This document shows positions 1 through 20,780 of a DNA stretch of 64,000 nt, piece after piece. Both the position numbers and the translations under genes were made by a program. How positions within the stretch are numbered: position 1 is the stretch's first letter; each line of letters begins with the position of its first letter. The notes under the pieces were generated by a model. It did not search any database. It was given only the letters and a program-made list of their open reading frames with translations, and had not been told where the DNA came from. The stretch lies in assembly GCA_951406725.2 (NCBI GenBank), contig OX597826.1:31744001-31808000 (forward strand). The letters run 5' to 3'. This DNA is from Octopus vulgaris (Eukaryota).

Positions 1-60
1 TGTAAACAGGAATAATTTGAACACACGCACGTACACACACACACACACACATACACACAC

Positions 61-121
<61 letters not shown>

Positions 122-199
122 CACGCACACACACAAGTACGTGCAGGAAAAACATGATCTCATCTTTGTCTTTTACGAGCTTTTTTGTAAGGACAGGAC

Positions 200-500
200 A
201 TCAATTCGGGTGTGTACTATGACCAACGGGACAAATTTAACGCAGCGATCGATCAGAAATGCCCAGCATCTGCTAATCCTCTTTCTTTACGATAATGCCA
301 GATCGTCGATTTCTCTGCAAATGCGGCAGAAGTTACTGTGACTTAACTGGATAGTTTCACCGCACCCCTGTATCTACCTGACCTTGCACTTTCAGATTTC
401 TACCTTTTTTTGATCTCTTCAAAATTCATTGAATGAACAGAACTTCAAGTCTGAAGTATCCACTATTGTTGATAAAATACATTTATTGTAAACATAGACA
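200..500 (+). mobile_element. Decayed mariner transposase fragment
   Basis: LFLYDNAR...HP/LYLPDLALSDFYLF...SLQNSL resembles mariner HDNARPH...HPPYSPDLAPSDFYLFRSLQNSL; contains stops and frameshifts. Confidence 0.75.
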
Positions 501-728
501 TGCATATCGAACAAATGAAAGGAGGAACATGAAATAAAAAAATATATTAAAATATAGGAAATAGTTTATGTAGAAATGAAACGAAAACGGATCCCAGTTT
601 TATTCTTAATATTTGGTTTTTATTCTAGCAGGCAGATGTGAGTTGATGGAAAATGACGAAAACATCTTGGCATAAAATTGAAACTATGGACAATAAAAAT
701 TTTCTAAACAAAAATATACTTTACTCAC

Positions 729-6442
<5,714 letters not shown>

Positions 6443-7895
6443 GGTAAAAACACAATTGTTTTAGAAATTCTCTTTAAATTTGCAATGTTTTATCTAGAAC
6501 AAAATTTGAACAAGCAAAACATCAATTAAATGAGTAAAATTACTTACATTTCCTCAGTCTATAAATGTTAGTGTAGAAATGCTATACTTATCGAATTACC
6601 AACAATCATTTTTCGTCAAATCTTCTATTCTTCTAACAAGAATTGTTTTCCAAAGGGAATTTCTTTCCGTAATCTTTTAGGAATCGATATTGATTTATAG
6701 ATTCTCAATTCAGTGAAATGTTCATCTAACGAGAAACAAATTATTGTTCTGTAAAAGTATATCACTGCTTTTGTTGATTATGAATATTTCTCTTTATTTG
6801 TGGACACGGAATTAATATGCCGAAAAGAAACAGCCCCAAGACTTCTATGATGACGAAGAAGCATACCTGTAAGCAAGAGGTTTGCACAGTTAGCTAGCGA
6901 TTGAGTTCATGTTAACCAGTATGGTGGCAGTTTTGGATGTGGTCCCAAATGTCCGTTAATGTAACAACAGCATCGAACTTATGTGGGAGAAGTAATCCAT
7001 CGTGGACCTCCCTTGTGGGTTGTGAATAGATAACAAGTGAGATTTAGCATGTCATAGTGATACAGTCCTTGTAATATTTTGTTAAGTAAGTCGAATATGT
7101 ATGATAGCCATAAACGATTCTCAAGAATGGGGAATTTTAATAGCTGTGCAAACACTGTCCATTGAGTTTGCACGCTGCTTACGTTTGATAAGTGTTGGTA
7201 CAGAAATATATTCTTGTTATGTATAATTATTTTATCAACGTGCTGTTGATACAGCCAAAATTAACATGTGTTCCCCATTACTTGGGAATTTTTGAAAGTT
7301 ATTTTTCATAAATATCTTTGCAGCTTCGAGTGATTTGAACAGGTCTCACGTGGATGACGCTCAAGTATGAATGTTCAGATAGAAGTGAAGTTTGGAATTA
7401 TCTACGAAAAAGTCGATACTATTTGAGCTGATGGCAACGAGTGTAGACTACGTAAGGAGTGCGATGAAATAGATGATCTCAACACTCTAGTTGTTGAGTC
7501 CTTGTAGAGTTTGATTATATTTATGGTACTGATGGAGTTAGTAGCCATGTTAAGGGAGCAATGTGCCCTAATGTGAAGGCAAAAAACGGCCAAGTTGTAG
7601 TAATAATGCGTATGAAAGTGTGACACGTTCTAGCATGGTCATTTTGGAGTCGCTACATTTTCTACCACTCCTCCTGTTCCTCTCTTTCTCTCATCCTTTG
7701 TGTTTATGTGTGTGAGCATATTTACCTTTATGTCCGTTAATGTAACAATATATATCAATATATATCAATATATATCAATAATTTTCAGTTATTAAATTGA
7801 AAATATCTTTCCCCCACCTGCACACTTTCTGTCTGAATGTGTATATTTCTGCAGCACCATGTTATTTAGTGCAGATGTAACATCAAACAATAGCT

Positions 7896-8140
7896 TTTTT
7901 ACTTGTGTCAGTCATTGGATTGCAGCCATGCTGGGGCACCACCTTGAAAGACTCAGTTGAAGAACAAATCCGCTCCAGTACATATTTTTTAAAACTCTGG
8001 TATTTATTCTATCCGCCACTTTTGCAAAGACAAGTTTAACGATACGTAAACAAACCAATATCGGATGTCAAGCGGTGGTTGGGGACAAACACAAACGCAA
8101 GAACACACATACGCACACGCACACACACACATACACACAC

Positions 8141-8187
<47 letters not shown>

Positions 8188-8345
8188 TATGCGACCGGCT
8201 ACCACACAGTTTCCGTCAACCAAATTCGCTCACAAGACATTGGTTAGATCGGGGCTACAGTAAAAACAAAAACACTAGCGCAAGATGCCACACTGCGTGA
8301 TTCAATCCCATTTGGGTGCATAGCGAGCGTCTTGGCTACACACTC
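7896..8345 (-). mobile_element. SINE family 1, diverged copy
   Basis: Reverse complement of the family tail and body with an internal (CA)n. Confidence 0.75.
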
Positions 8346-9016
8346 ATGTCGACAAAAATTCCCCACATTTAGTAAATCAGTAGAGTTTCAATAAATTACT
8401 GATGTGCTTAATATTCGTTTTGAAATTTGGCACTAGGCTAATAATTTTAGGGGAGGGTTAAGTCGATTGAATCGACCCCAGTGTTCAACTGGTACTTATT
8501 TTATCGACCTCTAAGGCAAAGTTAACTCTAGCGGAATTTGAACAGAGAACCTAAAGATGTTCGAAATGCCGCTAAGTATTTCGCCCCAGGTGCTAACCAT
8601 TCAGCCAACTCGTCGTCTTAACTAGTGTTCATAGTATTCTTTTCTATTCTTGGCACAATTCTTGGGTAGGAGGTGCCAGTCGATTAGATCTACCCCCATA
8701 CGCAACTAGTACTTTATCGATCGCGAAGGGATGAAAAGCACAGTTAACCTCAGCGGAATTTGAACTAAGAACGTAAATACGAACGAAAAGCTCCCTTAAC
8801 TAGTGTTCATAATATTGTTAAAGCAACATACCTTAGTGATCTTAACATTGACAACATGAATAATAATTTCATATAAGCTGTAAACTTACCTGTATTTACG
8901 GCAATCCTTTCTAAAACCACAAATTATTTTTTTGTGCGCTTATATACGTGAACGCGCTTGTGTGCGTTTGCATGTGCATGTGAGAGAAGAAGAAGGAGAG
9001 AGAGAGAGGGAGAGGG

Positions 9017-9068
<52 letters not shown>

Positions 9069-9545
9069 TATGAAGAAAGAAATGTATTTGTGAGAATGCG
9101 TTTGTAGGGACAGTTCTCAAAGAAAACCGTAAATATTTGTTCTCATATCAAAAAACAAAGAAGCACAAGACTATCCAAGACAAGGTAATCCTGCTTCGCT
9201 CTGCTTTTCTCTGCTTTGCTCTGCTTTGCTCTGCTTTGCTCCACTACTTAACAAATTGCGCATATATTAAAGAATAGTGGGCCAGTAAATGTTTACCACT
9301 CTTTTTTTTTACCATTTGACCTCATTGTTTTGTAATAATTGTCATAATTTGAAGTTATTTGTATAAATTATATTTATTACATTTGACAGTGTAGACATGT
9401 AAAGGAGTAAAGTATTCCATATCTAGTTGTAGCAATGAAGCGCATAACTTGTCATTGAATATATTCATTTAAGAAACTTATGAATGTTAACAGTTTTCTA
9501 AAGGTGAAAGTGAAATTAAGCAAACAACTACACACACACACACAA

Positions 9546-9593
<48 letters not shown>

Positions 9594-9599
9594 GTGAGC

Positions 9600-10958
9600 A
9601 CCTATATTGATATTTCCTGTTCCTGGATTGCAAACGCATATGTTTCATAGTGGGAGGTAGTAATCAGGCCATTGGTCCATGATAAACTGCTTTGATGATC
9701 GATGTTACTATCATCACGGGACTTTCAACTAACATATCCATGCATAGTCTTCTGTTCATATAGGCTCATCCTTTCATCTGATGATACGTTGCGGTAGAGC
9801 TGTGCAACTTCTTTGGGCATGTGGTCTAGTTTATCAGATAAAGAATGTTGCTCAAAGGGCTGCCTTTTAAGTCTTATGATGTTATCAGCCTCATGTATGC
9901 AAACTTGGTCAAGGGGTGCACTTCGACGCTTGGTAGTTAAAATATGTTGCCGAAAGGATATGATGCGATATTCAAAGGCATTTTGGATTGATGTTCAGCC
10001 TCTTCTGCCTTGTTTTCATTTTAAGTAGAGGCAGTCTACATCACTGTTTATGTGGAAATTATGTGCGCTTGTTAGTATTTTTCAGGTTTTCACATCAATG
10101 GCTCGTATCTCATCAAGCGTCCAATCAAGCAGCTCAAATGTTGGTATGAGTACTAGCACTACATTGTAGGTCACTGTTTTATTGAATGCAGAGAGTTCTG
10201 AGGCCCAAAGTTTTTTTATTCGGCTGTAATATTTTTTAGGGATACGGTTTTTGCTACAGGTGTCATTGTATGATATATTTTCATCCACCCCTAGATAGCT
10301 GTAACATTCCTCGTCAGATATAGGGGAAACAGTCAAATCATTGATGGAGACATTACTAGTCTGATTTATAGTATTACCTCTTTTTATAACCACATAACAA
10401 CATTTATCTTGATCAAACTCCAGCCCAACACCCTTTGAGAATGTAACTTGATGAAGATTCTTTTTCATCTTCTGCATATTCTTTGCATAAAGTTTTACGT
10501 CACCCACAAAGAAACAGTGAGTAATTTTGGTTTCCAAGTGAACCAGTGAGATATCCTTCAGAGTTCCTAAATATGAATGACAAGGAGTTTACAGAAAGTA
10601 TAAACAACATCACAAAAAGGCTGTCTCCTTGGACTATGCCTTTGCGATATTGTATCCTGTCGGTGATAACACGGTCGTCACTCTTTGTGTTTAATTTCAA
10701 GATGGTGGCCCATCTCACTGGAACTTTAGTAAGTTGAAGGGCTTCTAGCACCCATGAGAGGGGAACAGAGTCAAAGGCTTTCTTATAGTCTAGTCACATG
10801 AAAACTAGGTTCTTCTTATGATCCCGCACCTCTGACATCATAGTTTTGTTGATTAGCAGTTGCTCGGCACATCCCCAGACTCTCTTTTCTCCAGCTGCAT
10901 GTTCTGCTGTGATAATGTTATTGGTTTCACAATAGTCTTGGAGGAAGAGGTTTAAACA

Positions 10959-11010
<52 letters not shown>

Positions 11011-11512
11011 TATACATTAAGTTCTGATATGCAATTGGCTATCTTCTGATATTGGAGTTTTTCACTGACAGCTTTTTGCTCCTGCTTTAAAGTAATCAGT
11101 TTTCAAGTGAGTGTCCCCTTTTTACTGTCTCCAAACATCATTTCTATCTCCTTCTTTACTTTCTGTTGGTGGGACGTATAATGATTTGCTTGTTTGCATG
11201 CAATAAACATCATCACATGACTGATGGTCAACCGCAAACCAGATATCTTTTTCTCTTTCTTCAAAAGCCTTGATGCTTCTTTCTTTGCTATTTCAGTTTT
11301 GTTTACTTTATCATTCATGTACTGTTTTACAGTCGTAGCCATCGCATATAGACAGGCGTTAATCTGCCATTATGTATGTGGGTTCATCACACTGTTGTAA
11401 ATACTCCTCGAGAGAGTACTCCAAAGCCAAAGTTATTATTTCACGGAAAATTTGAGTAAGGGTATATTTCACCGGCATATAATCCTGACTGCTGGTACTA
11501 CTACTACTACTG

Positions 11513-11582
<70 letters not shown>

Positions 11583-12250
11583 GACTACTACTACTACTAC
11601 AACTGTTGCGGTTGTGCCTTCAATTTTTGATGGTCGTAGTAGGAGTATAGTGGTCTGTTTCTTTAGCCAATAATGTAGTTTGGCTGGCAGGCTCTACGAA
11701 ATCTGTTGGAATATCGCTAGCTGCGACACCACGTTGCGGTCTTATATCATTGACGTTTTCGTTTTTCTTTATAGAGTTGGGAAAAATATTAATTTTCGAT
11801 TTTTTTTATATAGTTATATGTTTTTATATAGTTTTTATGTTCTACAAATGTTGCCTATTGGTGGTAGTTGCTTCACAGTAAAATGATTTAATTCTGGATG
11901 CAGATCACTCCAATAGAATTTCACTCGATTCAAAACAGCGAGGTTTTGTTTCATTTTTTCGTAGCATTTGAATAGATCATTATTCAATTGATAACTCCAA
12001 GAGAAATGAGTTTTGTAGTTACGGTTTCTTCTATAACTACAGCTAGAAAGAATTTCTTTACCTATTGAACTGTTGTTTTCGTTCTGTTCCTCGATTGTGT
12101 TGTTGATGTTGTGTCCAGCCATGTTGTTTGTAGTAACTCTCTGCCTGATAAATTCAAGTCGAAAATCACTACGATCATGAATAAAAGGTTCCTTCAGTGA
12201 AAATCCCCTGAAGATTAACCAGTTATTTAACAAGGCTGATAGTTGTGGTA
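9600..12250 (-). mobile_element. Old degenerate R4/Dong-like non-LTR retrotransposon (RT remnants)
   Basis: RKGIVQGDSLFVMLFILSVNSLS, ITHCFFVGDVKLYA, YSYLGV and LDWTLDEIRAIDVKT in broken frames; interrupted by (TA)n 10961-11008 and (ACT)n ~11497-11600. Confidence 0.82.
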
Positions 12251-12401
12251 CCAAAGTTGGAGTTAGTATTCATCGTCTTTTCGGTAAATAGTCTCCCACG
12301 CCAAATACGTGACTTGTTGAATCGAATGAATAAATATGTATGTATGTGTGTATGTATGTATGTATGTATGTATGTATATATGTATGTACCTACTATCACT
12401 G

Positions 12402-12458
<57 letters not shown>

Positions 12459-12460
12459 TT

Positions 12461-12492
<32 letters not shown>

Positions 12493-12528
12493 AATAATAA
12501 CAACAACAACAACAACAACAACAATAAC

Positions 12529-12580
<52 letters not shown>

Positions 12581-12583
<3 letters not shown>

Positions 12584-14427
12584 TCCCCATTAGAAGAGGA
12601 ATATTCCAAGGAGACACGCTCTCTCCATTCCTTTTCTGCTTGGCACTGTCACCTCTATCTGATATGCTAAATAGAACTGGATGCGATATAAATGTTACGG
12701 CAAAACAATCAGCCACCTTTTATATATGGATGACCTCAAACTATACGCTGCAAATGACAAACAGCTGGAAACACTATTAAAGACAGTTCATGGATTTACC
12801 AAAGAAATAGATATGAAATTTGGATTAGAAAAAATGCGCCAAAGTAACCCTGAAAAGAGGAAAACTAGTTAAGAGTAGCAGCATAACACTAGATAAAACC
12901 AATGAAATAAAAGAATTAGACCAAAGCCAAACTTACAAATACTTAGGAATCCATGAACTAGATACGACACAACACACACAAATGAAAGAGAAAATAAAAA
13001 AAGAATATTATAGACGAGTTAGATCAATACTAAAAACAGAGCTCAATGCTAAAAACAAGATAATAGGTATTAACACTTTAGCCGTCCCAGTTATAAGTTA
13101 CAGCTACAATATCCTTAACTGGACACTAAATGAACTGACCAAAATAGATAGGAAAACAAGAAAAATAATGACAGGATCTAGGATGCATCACCAAAAATCT
13201 GACATAGAAAGACTATATATACAACGTATAGAAGGTGGTAGAGGCCTTATACAGCTGGAAAACTACTATAAAATAACCACCATAGAACTGCAAAAATATC
13301 TAATTCCGAAGGAAGGAAAACTGATACAAATAGCGGCAAAACACGAGCAAAACAAAAAACTGTTCTCAGTATTTAAGGAAGCTGACAAATACAAACAAGA
13401 AGTCATGCCACCTAACAAATATGAAGAAGAAGAAGAAGAAGAAGAAGAAGAAGAAGAAGAAGAAGAAGAAGAAGAAGAAGAAGAAGAAGAAGAAGAAGCA
13501 ACAAAAGCTATAAAACAAATGAAATCCAAACTAAAACTAGAACAGCAAAGAACCATGATAAAACGATGGCAAGAAAAGCCCCTTCATGGTAAATACTGGA
13601 CTAAACTAAATGCGAAAGAAATAGACAAAGAAAAATCCCAGCAATGGTTGAGAAGCTCAGGACTCAAAGCAGAGACAGGGGGATTTTTAATTGCAGCACA
13701 AGACCAAAGCCTCCCCACCAGAAATTACCAAAAACATGTAATGAAAAGAAATTTAACAAGTAACTGCAGAATATGTGGAGATGGACAAGAAACAATAAAT
13801 CATATTATCTCTGGCTGCCCAGTCTTGGCTAAGAAGGAATATATTCACAGACACGACAGGGTTGGGACCTACATACACTGGAAGCTATGCCAACATTATG
13901 GAATAACAACAGAAAAAAGATGGTATAGGCACACACCAGAAAAGGTCACAGAAAACGAGAAAGCAACCATACTCTGGGATATGCCGATGCACACAGATAG
14001 AGAAATTAAGGCCAACAGACCAGATATAGTTGTCAGAGATCATGAAGAAAAAAATGCTTTCTAATTGATGTATCAATACCAGTAGATGACAACGTGTCTC
14101 TAAAAGAAATGGAGAAACTTTCAAAATACAAAGACTTGGAAATAGAGGTAACCAGAATGTGGAATCTAAAAACAGAAACAATTCCTATCATAGTAGATGA
14201 TAAAAACATGATAAAAACATATTCAGACAAATGCGTAACAAAAACATCAGGACATACAAACACATATAACATACAGAAAATTGCACTACTAGGCACTGAA
14301 CACATCCTACGCAGGACACTTCCCATACAATAACCATCAGAGCATCACAACAAATCACAGCACATACCCAAGGCACACAGAGCTGCGCTCGGTAGTGAAG
14401 TGAGAGCACGCTATAAAAATAAAACTA

Positions 14428-14430
<3 letters not shown>
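12581..14430 (+). mobile_element. 5'-truncated R4/Dong-clade LINE (RT, CCHC finger, restriction-like endonuclease)
   Basis: GIFQGDTLSP, HLLYMDDLKLYA, CRICGDGQETINHIISGC, RHD, RPDIVV, KLSKYKDLEIE; only a few frameshifts; (AAT)n on both sides. Confidence 0.93.
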
Positions 14431-14500
<70 letters not shown>

Positions 14501-14559
14501 TAATAATATCAATAACAATAACAATAATAATAATAATAACAACAATAATAATAATGATG

Positions 14560-14610
<51 letters not shown>

Positions 14611-14923
14611 TAAATAATATATAAATATATATGCATACATACACATATATATGTACATACATATATTTGTTTATATATGCATATATGGGCAGAGGACACC
14701 ACGGAGCATAAACAACATGAAATAAGAAAACAACATGAAATATGAAAACATGGAAAACGAACTTTTTGTCGAACAACGAAAAAAACAAATGGAAAACATG
14801 AAAAAAACGACCGTGCATCACTTGTTGGCTGTTTTTCTACTTCGTATTTCGAGATTCTATCTCTCAGCCGGTCTGTCTGCTTCTCTGTCTGTCTATCTAT
14901 CTGTCTGTCTGTCTTTCTGTCTG

Positions 14924-14980
<57 letters not shown>

Positions 14981-15003
14981 TTTTCTATCTCTCTATCTAT
15001 CTA

Positions 15004-15036
<33 letters not shown>

Positions 15037-16094
15037 CTGCATGTATGTCAGTCTGTCTCTCAGTCTGTCTATCTGCCCCTCCTCTCTCTCTCCCTCTCTC
15101 TCTTTATCTATCTGTATATCTGACTGTCTGTCTGCCTCTCTCTCACAACCTCTCCAGGGTTGGTTTCAGCTTCTCATTTAAGCTAATTACTTTTTTCTTC
15201 GTTCAACTTCATCTGTGTCACAAATCATAAAAACGAGAAATATGACATTTCTATGAGTATTTTATCCGTTAGCATTCAGATTGCTCTGTCAAATGTAATG
15301 ATTGTCTATTCACATTGCTTTGAATTAATCACGCATTATTTTGTAGCTCCGTAAAATGACATTGTAAGGTAGGTGTGAGAGCCTAGAAATGGTGGGTTTG
15401 AACGTAAAACTGGTAGAACATTTGGAATGGATATGGCCATTTATAATACGGAACGATTTTTATGTTTTTATTGTTTTACTGGAAAATTCGGACTATCGTT
15501 GATGATGTAAAAACTAGGGAAGAACGACTCGCAGAACACTTACTTCCACAAAACGGTATAATTACATATATATAGATCAACTTGGAGTAATCGAACAAAT
15601 AGAAACACAAGATCTAGATATAGCGCCGTCAGAGTTGATTCCCATCTTACGATTGCAATGAACTCGAATTAATTTCCAAGTATTTGAATGGAACAAACTA
15701 GTGAAGGCATGTAATTTTGTGGTTAGGGTGTTGCTTTCACGATTCCCTTACCGGGTGTTTGGTTGTGCTCTCGGGCAAACCACTTCATTTCACGTCGCTC
15801 CAGTTCATTCAGCATTCTATGTCACGCTGAATCTCCCTGAGAACTACGCTAAGAGTACATGTGTCTGTGGAGTGCTCAGCCGCTTGCGCGAGCAAGCTGT
15901 TCCGTTGATCAAATGAACTGGAATCCTCGTAGTCGTAACTGACGGAGTGAAGTATCATAGACAATATACTGTTTTCAATTTCTTTCTGATGTATATTATG
16001 TTTTTGACACAGAACTTCTAGAAGAGATTTGATCTCCGGCTAAAACCGCAGTATCTTTCCTTTTAACGGTGTATATACGTCAAATATGAAACAG

Positions 16095-16445
16095 CGATCC
16101 ACTCAAAGGTTCAGTTCTTGTTGTGGTTCCAGGTTCATCCCCACGGCGTGGCCCCTTGAGCAAGTGTCTTCTACTATAGGTTCGGGTCGACCAAAGCCTA
16201 GTGAGTGGATTTGGTAGACAGGAACTGAAAGAAGCCCGTTGTATACACACACATACACGCACGCACAGGCTCGCACACACACACACACACACACATTTAT
16301 GTATGTGTGTTTGTGTTTGTCCCCCTGCCATCGTTTAATAACCGATGCTAGTGTGTTTATGATAACTCCGCCCCCGCCGTAACTTAGTGGTTCGGTAAAA
16401 GACATTGATAAAATAAGGACTAAGCTTACAAAGAATAGCTGGGTC
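16095..16445 (+). mobile_element. SINE family 1, diverged copy
   Basis: gagtggatttggtagac...gaaagaagcccg...aacttagtggttcgg. Confidence 0.78.
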
Positions 16446-17428
16446 TGACACACGGTTTCGTTTCTTTTACGAATCCGGCCTGCTGCTTTTGTAATGTTAA
16501 TAGTAAATAATTAATTAAGTTTGCATATTATAATTCTGATCTATCAAAGGTTGTGAGTTTTTGACTAACTTTGTCGTGCATCACTGAATACTGATTTCAC
16601 CTGAGCTGTCTGATGCATTCACAGTTACAGCTGTTAACACTAACCTACATAACATGCATAACCTGTTATATACAAGGCCATGCAGCTATTCAATTGATTT
16701 CACCTTCAACAAACTTATCGACGGACTGAATAAATCCTCAGCCAGCAGTTTGCACTTTTATTTCAGTTGAATGATTACGATAAACAAAACATTTTGTGCG
16801 ATGCTGATAGAGGTTGTTGCGAGTAGGCAAGTGGGAGAAACAGCAGGGAAAAAAGAAAAGAAAAGAAAAATACCCTATAAATATCATTATTCTGTGACCC
16901 GGATGAAAACATTCATATGGTTTATTACAAAGTAGAATAGAACAAATCGGTAAATATAATGACTTTGTTTCTGTAGAAATTCCTTTTTAAAAAACAAATA
17001 TTAATGGCTTTAATGACAACGTGTCTTTGTAAACACGTTAACGTCTAACGTTACGTTTGTCTTTTCACATATATTTGCATACACACCTATACATGAGCGT
17101 ACACTAACACGAACATACAGTTACTTAAAAGTGTGAGTGGAAGCGTGTACAGGAGAAGAAATACTCAACAACGAAATTTAGGTGTTTGGAATAATTATCT
17201 TAAATGAAAGCAAGTGTAAACAAAAATGTTTACAGTTTACATATATGAAATTATTGTTCGTATTGTCAATGCCACGATCACTATACTGTATTCCTTTGAC
17301 GGTGTTATGTACACTAGTTATTTATTTATACTTTGCTGGTTTACAAAACGTGGAAATTATTTAATACCGTTTGATGTTATGAGATCATTAACAGTGTATT
17401 GTTATTATTTATGTTTTCAGTAATATTC

Positions 17429-17650
17429 TGCGAGCTGGCAGAAACGTTAGCACGCCGGGCGAAATGCTTAGCGATATTCCGTCTGTCTTTTCGTTCGGAG
17501 TTCAACTTCCGCCAAGGTCGACTTTGCCTTTCATCCTTTCAAGGTCGATAAATTAAGTACCAGTTGCATACTGAGGTCCATGTAATTGTAATCTCCTGGG
17601 CTCCTCCCTCAAAAATTTCGGACCTTGTGCCTAAAGTAGAAAAAAATATT
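17429..17650 (+). mobile_element. tRNA-derived SINE family 2
   Basis: gcgagctggcagaaacgttagc...gagttcaa...gactttgcctttcatcctt...aagtaccag. Other copies at 23542-23750(+), 22975-23186(-), 5270-5425(-) and two pieces in 8420-8790(-). Confidence 0.85.
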
Positions 17651-17700
17651 CTGCTAGCTACTACTACACCGCAAGCTGAGCTGTATCTCCGTGAAGGTGT

Positions 17701-17802
<102 letters not shown>

Positions 17803-17810
17803 ATATATAA

Positions 17811-17876
<66 letters not shown>

Positions 17877-19087
17877 ATATATACATTTATATAAATTTGT
17901 TCTAGTGTCTGTTTAGTATTTCTTATGTGCTGAAAAGTATGTGTAATGTGAGTTAGTAATTCCTTTGTTGGGTGTGTCTGTGTGTTTTGTTTTCGCTGTG
18001 TGTTTTATATTTGCTACGTAGATTGTGCTGTGTGGAGCGACAACTGTTTAACATGTAATCTGATTTGCTGCTACTAGATCGCCGAATATTGATTTTGTAA
18101 GAGAGCGGACTGGTTGAGTTGCACTATAATAAATAGCGCGTGTGAGATTTCTCTCGTTCTAAATAGAGCTGTGTGTAACAGAGCAGGATATGTTATTGCT
18201 CAATAGATATTTTTTTTATTATAGTGAATCTACTATTAATTATTAGGACTAATTAATAATAGCATTAATATCAATTTCAGTTTTATGTCGCACATCTTGC
18301 TAGCTTCAATTTCACTATACTTTGACAACGGCTTCATTCATGGTTATGTTTTCGTTAGGTGTCATCATCCTCCATGTAACATTCCCATTCACCACGGTTC
18401 GATGGTTGTTATGTATGATACTTGTTATACGTTTACGTGTAACAAATGTGATGCAGGCTTGTCACTTCTTATCCGTTTCCGCGTAGAAATATCGACATTT
18501 TACTCAACTAACACAGCAACAGACTCGACCGCAGCATACGCTGACGTGGTAAGGCTGGACGTCCGGAAATCATGTGACCAATTGATTACATTTCACTGGT
18601 TGCACGGTCCGCAGTTGATGTTTCCCAGTATTCCATTCTTAATATTATTGGTCGCTACACATTGTCCTTTTGCATCCCAAGTCAAATCTATTTCTACTTT
18701 ACAGCTCAGCACCTACCGGCTACTGGTGAATTTATCTCTTACTTTCTTTCCCGCCTCTTTCCAAATATCAGTCTTGAGAAGATTTTACTCTATTTTAAAA
18801 AATTATTTCTGATTCCTTATCATTTTCTTTTTGTTGGGGCACCGTTTTGAAAGGGTTAGTCGAACAAATGGACCCCAGTACTTATTTTTATACCTGGTTT
18901 ATATTGAATCAGGTATTTTGACAATCCCCTCAGTTACGAAGAAGTAAACAGACCAATACCAGTATTTGAGATGGCAAACACAAATTCATACACTCGAATA
19001 TATACAAATAGATATGAGTGTGTATGTGTGTATGTTTGTATATATACATACAAACATACATACATACATACATACATACATACATAA

Positions 19088-19169
<82 letters not shown>

Positions 19170-19170
<1 letters not shown>

Positions 19171-19960
19171 GGAATTTTTGGCGAACCAGCGTTTCTGATT
19201 AAGAGAAAGTCTTCTTTGTCCCCATTCATGTTGCAGACCACTATCAAGGTCACACGGTCCTTTGCCGTCTTAAAGCCCCTCACAGTTTTCTTGCAACTCT
19301 CGTTGAATGTATTCCCTAGTAATGCACGAAAGTAGATCCCAGTTTCATCGGTGTTGTAGATGTCATGTGTCTGATAAGATTTCTACAGAAGCTGCATGGT
19401 TATCTCACGCAACTGATGGGCTCCATCGATGTCAATTTCAGCTGCATCACCTGCAAAATATGAAATGTTTAGTTTGTGTTCTCTGCAGAGAAACATGTGA
19501 ACTAGTGAACTACAAAACTTACAGAGAAAAATGTGAACTAGGGAACTACAAAACTTGCCTATTAGAACCGTACAAGAGGTTTCATGTCTTTTATGTCAAT
19601 AGTAAAACCAACCTTCGGATGCTTAAAAATCATGTCCAGCAGCTTGAGCAATGGTGTTGGCTTTGTGCATTAGGATTTCCCCGTTGACGGGGATGTTTCT
19701 CGAGCGAAGAAATTGAAACCAATCGTAGAGAACACGGTCTGTCTGTTGGTCCTTTTTCCTCTCGTTAGCGCTTTCTCTTTGATGAACAGCCATCGTGTTC
19801 TTTGGCACGAAGATCATCCTCATTCTTTAGCAAAATCTGGAGCAGACTTCTTGACATTCCCAAACTCTGTGCTGCTTCACGCTGAATTATTTTCCCTAGA
19901 GCTTTGTAACATTATAACAATTGAATCTTTTCTGCCATAAATTTGTCCTGGCTCTCTCTC
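19170..19960 (-). mobile_element. Decayed Tigger/pogo-like transposase (CENP-B HTH plus start of DDE domain)
   Basis: VLYDWFQFLRSRNIPVNGEILMHKA, IYNTDETG, GFKTAKDRVTLIVVCNMNG. Confidence 0.85.
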
Positions 19961-20494
19961 TTCATTTTGAACATTTTGAAGAACTTGTGTGCGTGTGTGA
20001 CCGCCTCTCTGCACGAATAACGAATGACGTGGTTTTTCGCCAGCAGTCAGGTGGTACATATAATGAATGAGAAGGGTGTGTAATTTTGACAAGAGGTGTC
20101 CCAGAGCCTACTTTTTTTGCATGAATAACAGCTGCTACATATTTATTTCTATATTTTTGGATGATGGAGTGTACCACGTGATAGCTGGTTGACTGTGGCT
20201 GCTGGAGCCTACCAGTCATTATTTAATAGCGAAAAAAAAAAAAACAATTCATTCGTTCGCTGCCACTTGTTGGCAGTTTAGGAAGAAGCACTGACAATTA
20301 GTTTTATTAAGCGATGGTTTGGATTTATTAGATATATATATTTATATATGTATATATACGACGGGATTCTACACAGTTTCCGTTTACCAAGTTTATTCCT
20401 ATTGCCTTGCTTTGAATTAAACACTGTAATTTTGATTGAATGTGACGAATGAAATACCAGTATCAAATTTGGGTTCATGACCAGCAATTGTATC

Positions 20495-20529
<35 letters not shown>

Positions 20530-20565
20530 ATCGACTCAGCTCTGATTCCTGCAACGTTGTGTGTT

Positions 20566-20726
20566 GCAGGAGTGGCTGTGTGGTAAGTAGCTTGTTTACT
20601 AGCCACATAGTTTCGGGTTCAGTCCCACTGCGTGGCACCTTGGGCAATTGTCTTCTACTATAGCCTCGGGCGACCAAAGCCTTGTGAGTGGATTTGGTAG
20701 ACGGAAACTGAAAGAAGCCCGTCGTA

Positions 20727-20780
<54 letters not shown>

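Noticed and set aside
12982-14064. 360-aa ORF as a host gene
   Set aside because: It is part of a 5'-truncated, frameshifted R4/Dong LINE.
18285-18812. 175-aa plus-strand ORF
   Set aside because: No recognisable domain or splice context; it sits beside the minus-strand Tigger remnant and is probably a chance or antisense frame.
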